IMG/VR virus record: IMGVR_UViG_2724679172_000008
Reading direction: 5' to 3' (one strand)
DNA from: a virus
Lineage: Duplodnaviria > Heunggongvirae > Uroviricota > Caudoviricetes
Length of the DNA stretch: 4,905 bases
How positions within the stretch are numbered: position 1 is the first letter of the stretch; each line of letters opens with the position of its first letter. This document shows positions 4,375 to 4,905 of the stretch, one piece after another. The notes beneath the pieces were generated by a model. The model had not been told where the DNA came from. It saw nothing but the letters and a program-made list of their open reading frames with translations, and made no database searches. The position numbers and the translations under genes were made by a program.

Positions 4375-4866
4375 ATGAGCAGCAAGCTTCATGGTCTTGT
4401 CTGGGAAGGGTGCGCCTTCACCGGCATGATCTTATCCAGGGTGGCGGTTATGGCCCGTCTTGCAGACTACAGCAATGACGAGGGCGTGTCATGGCCTGCC
4501 ATTGAAACTATCCGGCGTCAGATCGGTGCAAGAAGTGAATCCACAGTGAAATCGGCTATTGCAGAACTGGCGAAAGAGGGCTGGCTGACGAAGGAAGAGC
4601 GTAAGGTCGGTGGGCGTAATGTAAGCAATATCTATCGGCTTAATGTGGAAAAACTCGAAGCAGCTGCGGCGGCGGCGCGTGAGTCATATAAACCGAAAAG
4701 AAAAATTAGCCCGGCAAAAAATGACCCGTTAACAGTTGACCCGTCAAATATTGACCCCTCAACGGTTGACCCGTCAAATTTTGATGGATCAACTGTTGAT
4801 AAAAAACTGCCGATTAGGGGGGCGATGATTGACCCCGATCCGTCAGTATTAAAACCTGATCCGTGA
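4375..4866 (+). CDS. Phage replication initiation protein, winged-helix HTH_36 type (O-like); 163 aa from ATG 4375 (track start GTG 4360 gives 168 aa)
   Basis: The segment ARLADYSNDEGVSWPAIETIRRQIGARSESTVKSAIAELAKEGWLTKEE has the LAD-x-NDEG-x-WPS-x-TIA-x-G-x-S-x-TV-x-A-x-L pattern of HTH_36 replication proteins. The C-terminus is a DPxxV pentapeptide repeat region encoded by iteron-like DNA repeats. It follows the cII-like gene, the position of lambda O. Confidence 0.6.
   Translation: MSSKLHGLVWEGCAFTGMILSRVAVMARLADYSNDEGVSWPAIETIRRQIGARSESTVKSAIAELAKEGWLTKEERKVGGRNVSNIYRLNVEKLEAAAAAARESYKPKRKISPAKNDPLTVDPSNIDPSTVDPSNFDGSTVDKKLPIRGAMIDPDPSVLKPDP
4721..4810 (+). repeat. Six phased 15-bp repeats (iterons) inside the 3' end of the replication gene; four good copies carry the dyad TTGAC-CC-GTCAA, a fifth the variant TTGAT-GG-ATCAA, the sixth is degenerate; a further partial copy lies at 4829-4843
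   Basis: Copies start at 4721, 4736, 4751, 4766, 4781 and 4796 (ATGACCCGTTAACAG, TTGACCCGTCAAATA, TTGACCCCTCAACGG, TTGACCCGTCAAATT, TTGATGGATCAACTG, TTGATAAAAAACTGC). Embedding origin iterons in the initiator gene is established for lambda O. Confidence 0.55.
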
Positions 4867-4905
4867 ACCGCCCCGGGAATCCTGGAGACTAAACTTCCTG
4901 AGAAA

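Noticed and set aside
2730-4392. Track ORFs 2730-2930 (+), 3143-3385 (+), 3290-3550 (-) and 3934-4392 (-)
   Set aside because: Each is antisense to, or out of frame within, a better-supported gene (the first leftward small gene, the repressor, the YdaT-like gene) and lacks an RBS.
1-4905. CRISPR array, integrase/attachment site, transposase or IS element
   Set aside because: No spaced direct repeats with unique spacers, no tRNA or att-like repeat, and no transposase-like ORF appear in the window.

Overview
The window reads as the immunity/early region of a lambdoid, Rac/Qin-like enterobacterial prophage; all calls are made by eye from the sequence, with no database search run. Centre: a DicA/RacR-family HTH repressor (3141-3560, minus strand) is transcribed divergently from a rightward operon of a YdaS-like Cro-type regulator (3662-3943), a YdaT-like protein (3927-4352) and an HTH_36-type replication initiator (4375-4866) whose 3' end carries 15-bp phased iterons. 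The repressor is flanked on both sides by copies of one dyad-symmetric operator, ATACC-N4-GGTAT (two OL-like, three OR-like), overlapping plausible back-to-back promoters; its own mRNA appears leaderless. Left: a leftward operon starts with two translationally coupled unknown genes (2956/2875-2723 and 2723-2310), crosses about 570 bp with no minus-strand ORF, then carries a DicF-like sRNA (about 1736-1679), a long RNase III-type hairpin, dicB (1500-1312), a ydfD-like small membrane protein (1315-1127) and the 5' 343 codons of a large gene running off the left edge (1031-1). An AT-rich plus-strand gene with a strong Shine-Dalgarno (2072-2350) sits convergently inside this leftward operon and overlaps the 3' end of the upstream minus gene by 41 bp; it and the two coupled unknown genes are the best candidates for undescribed accessory functions. 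No tRNA, rRNA, CRISPR array or transposase was seen.
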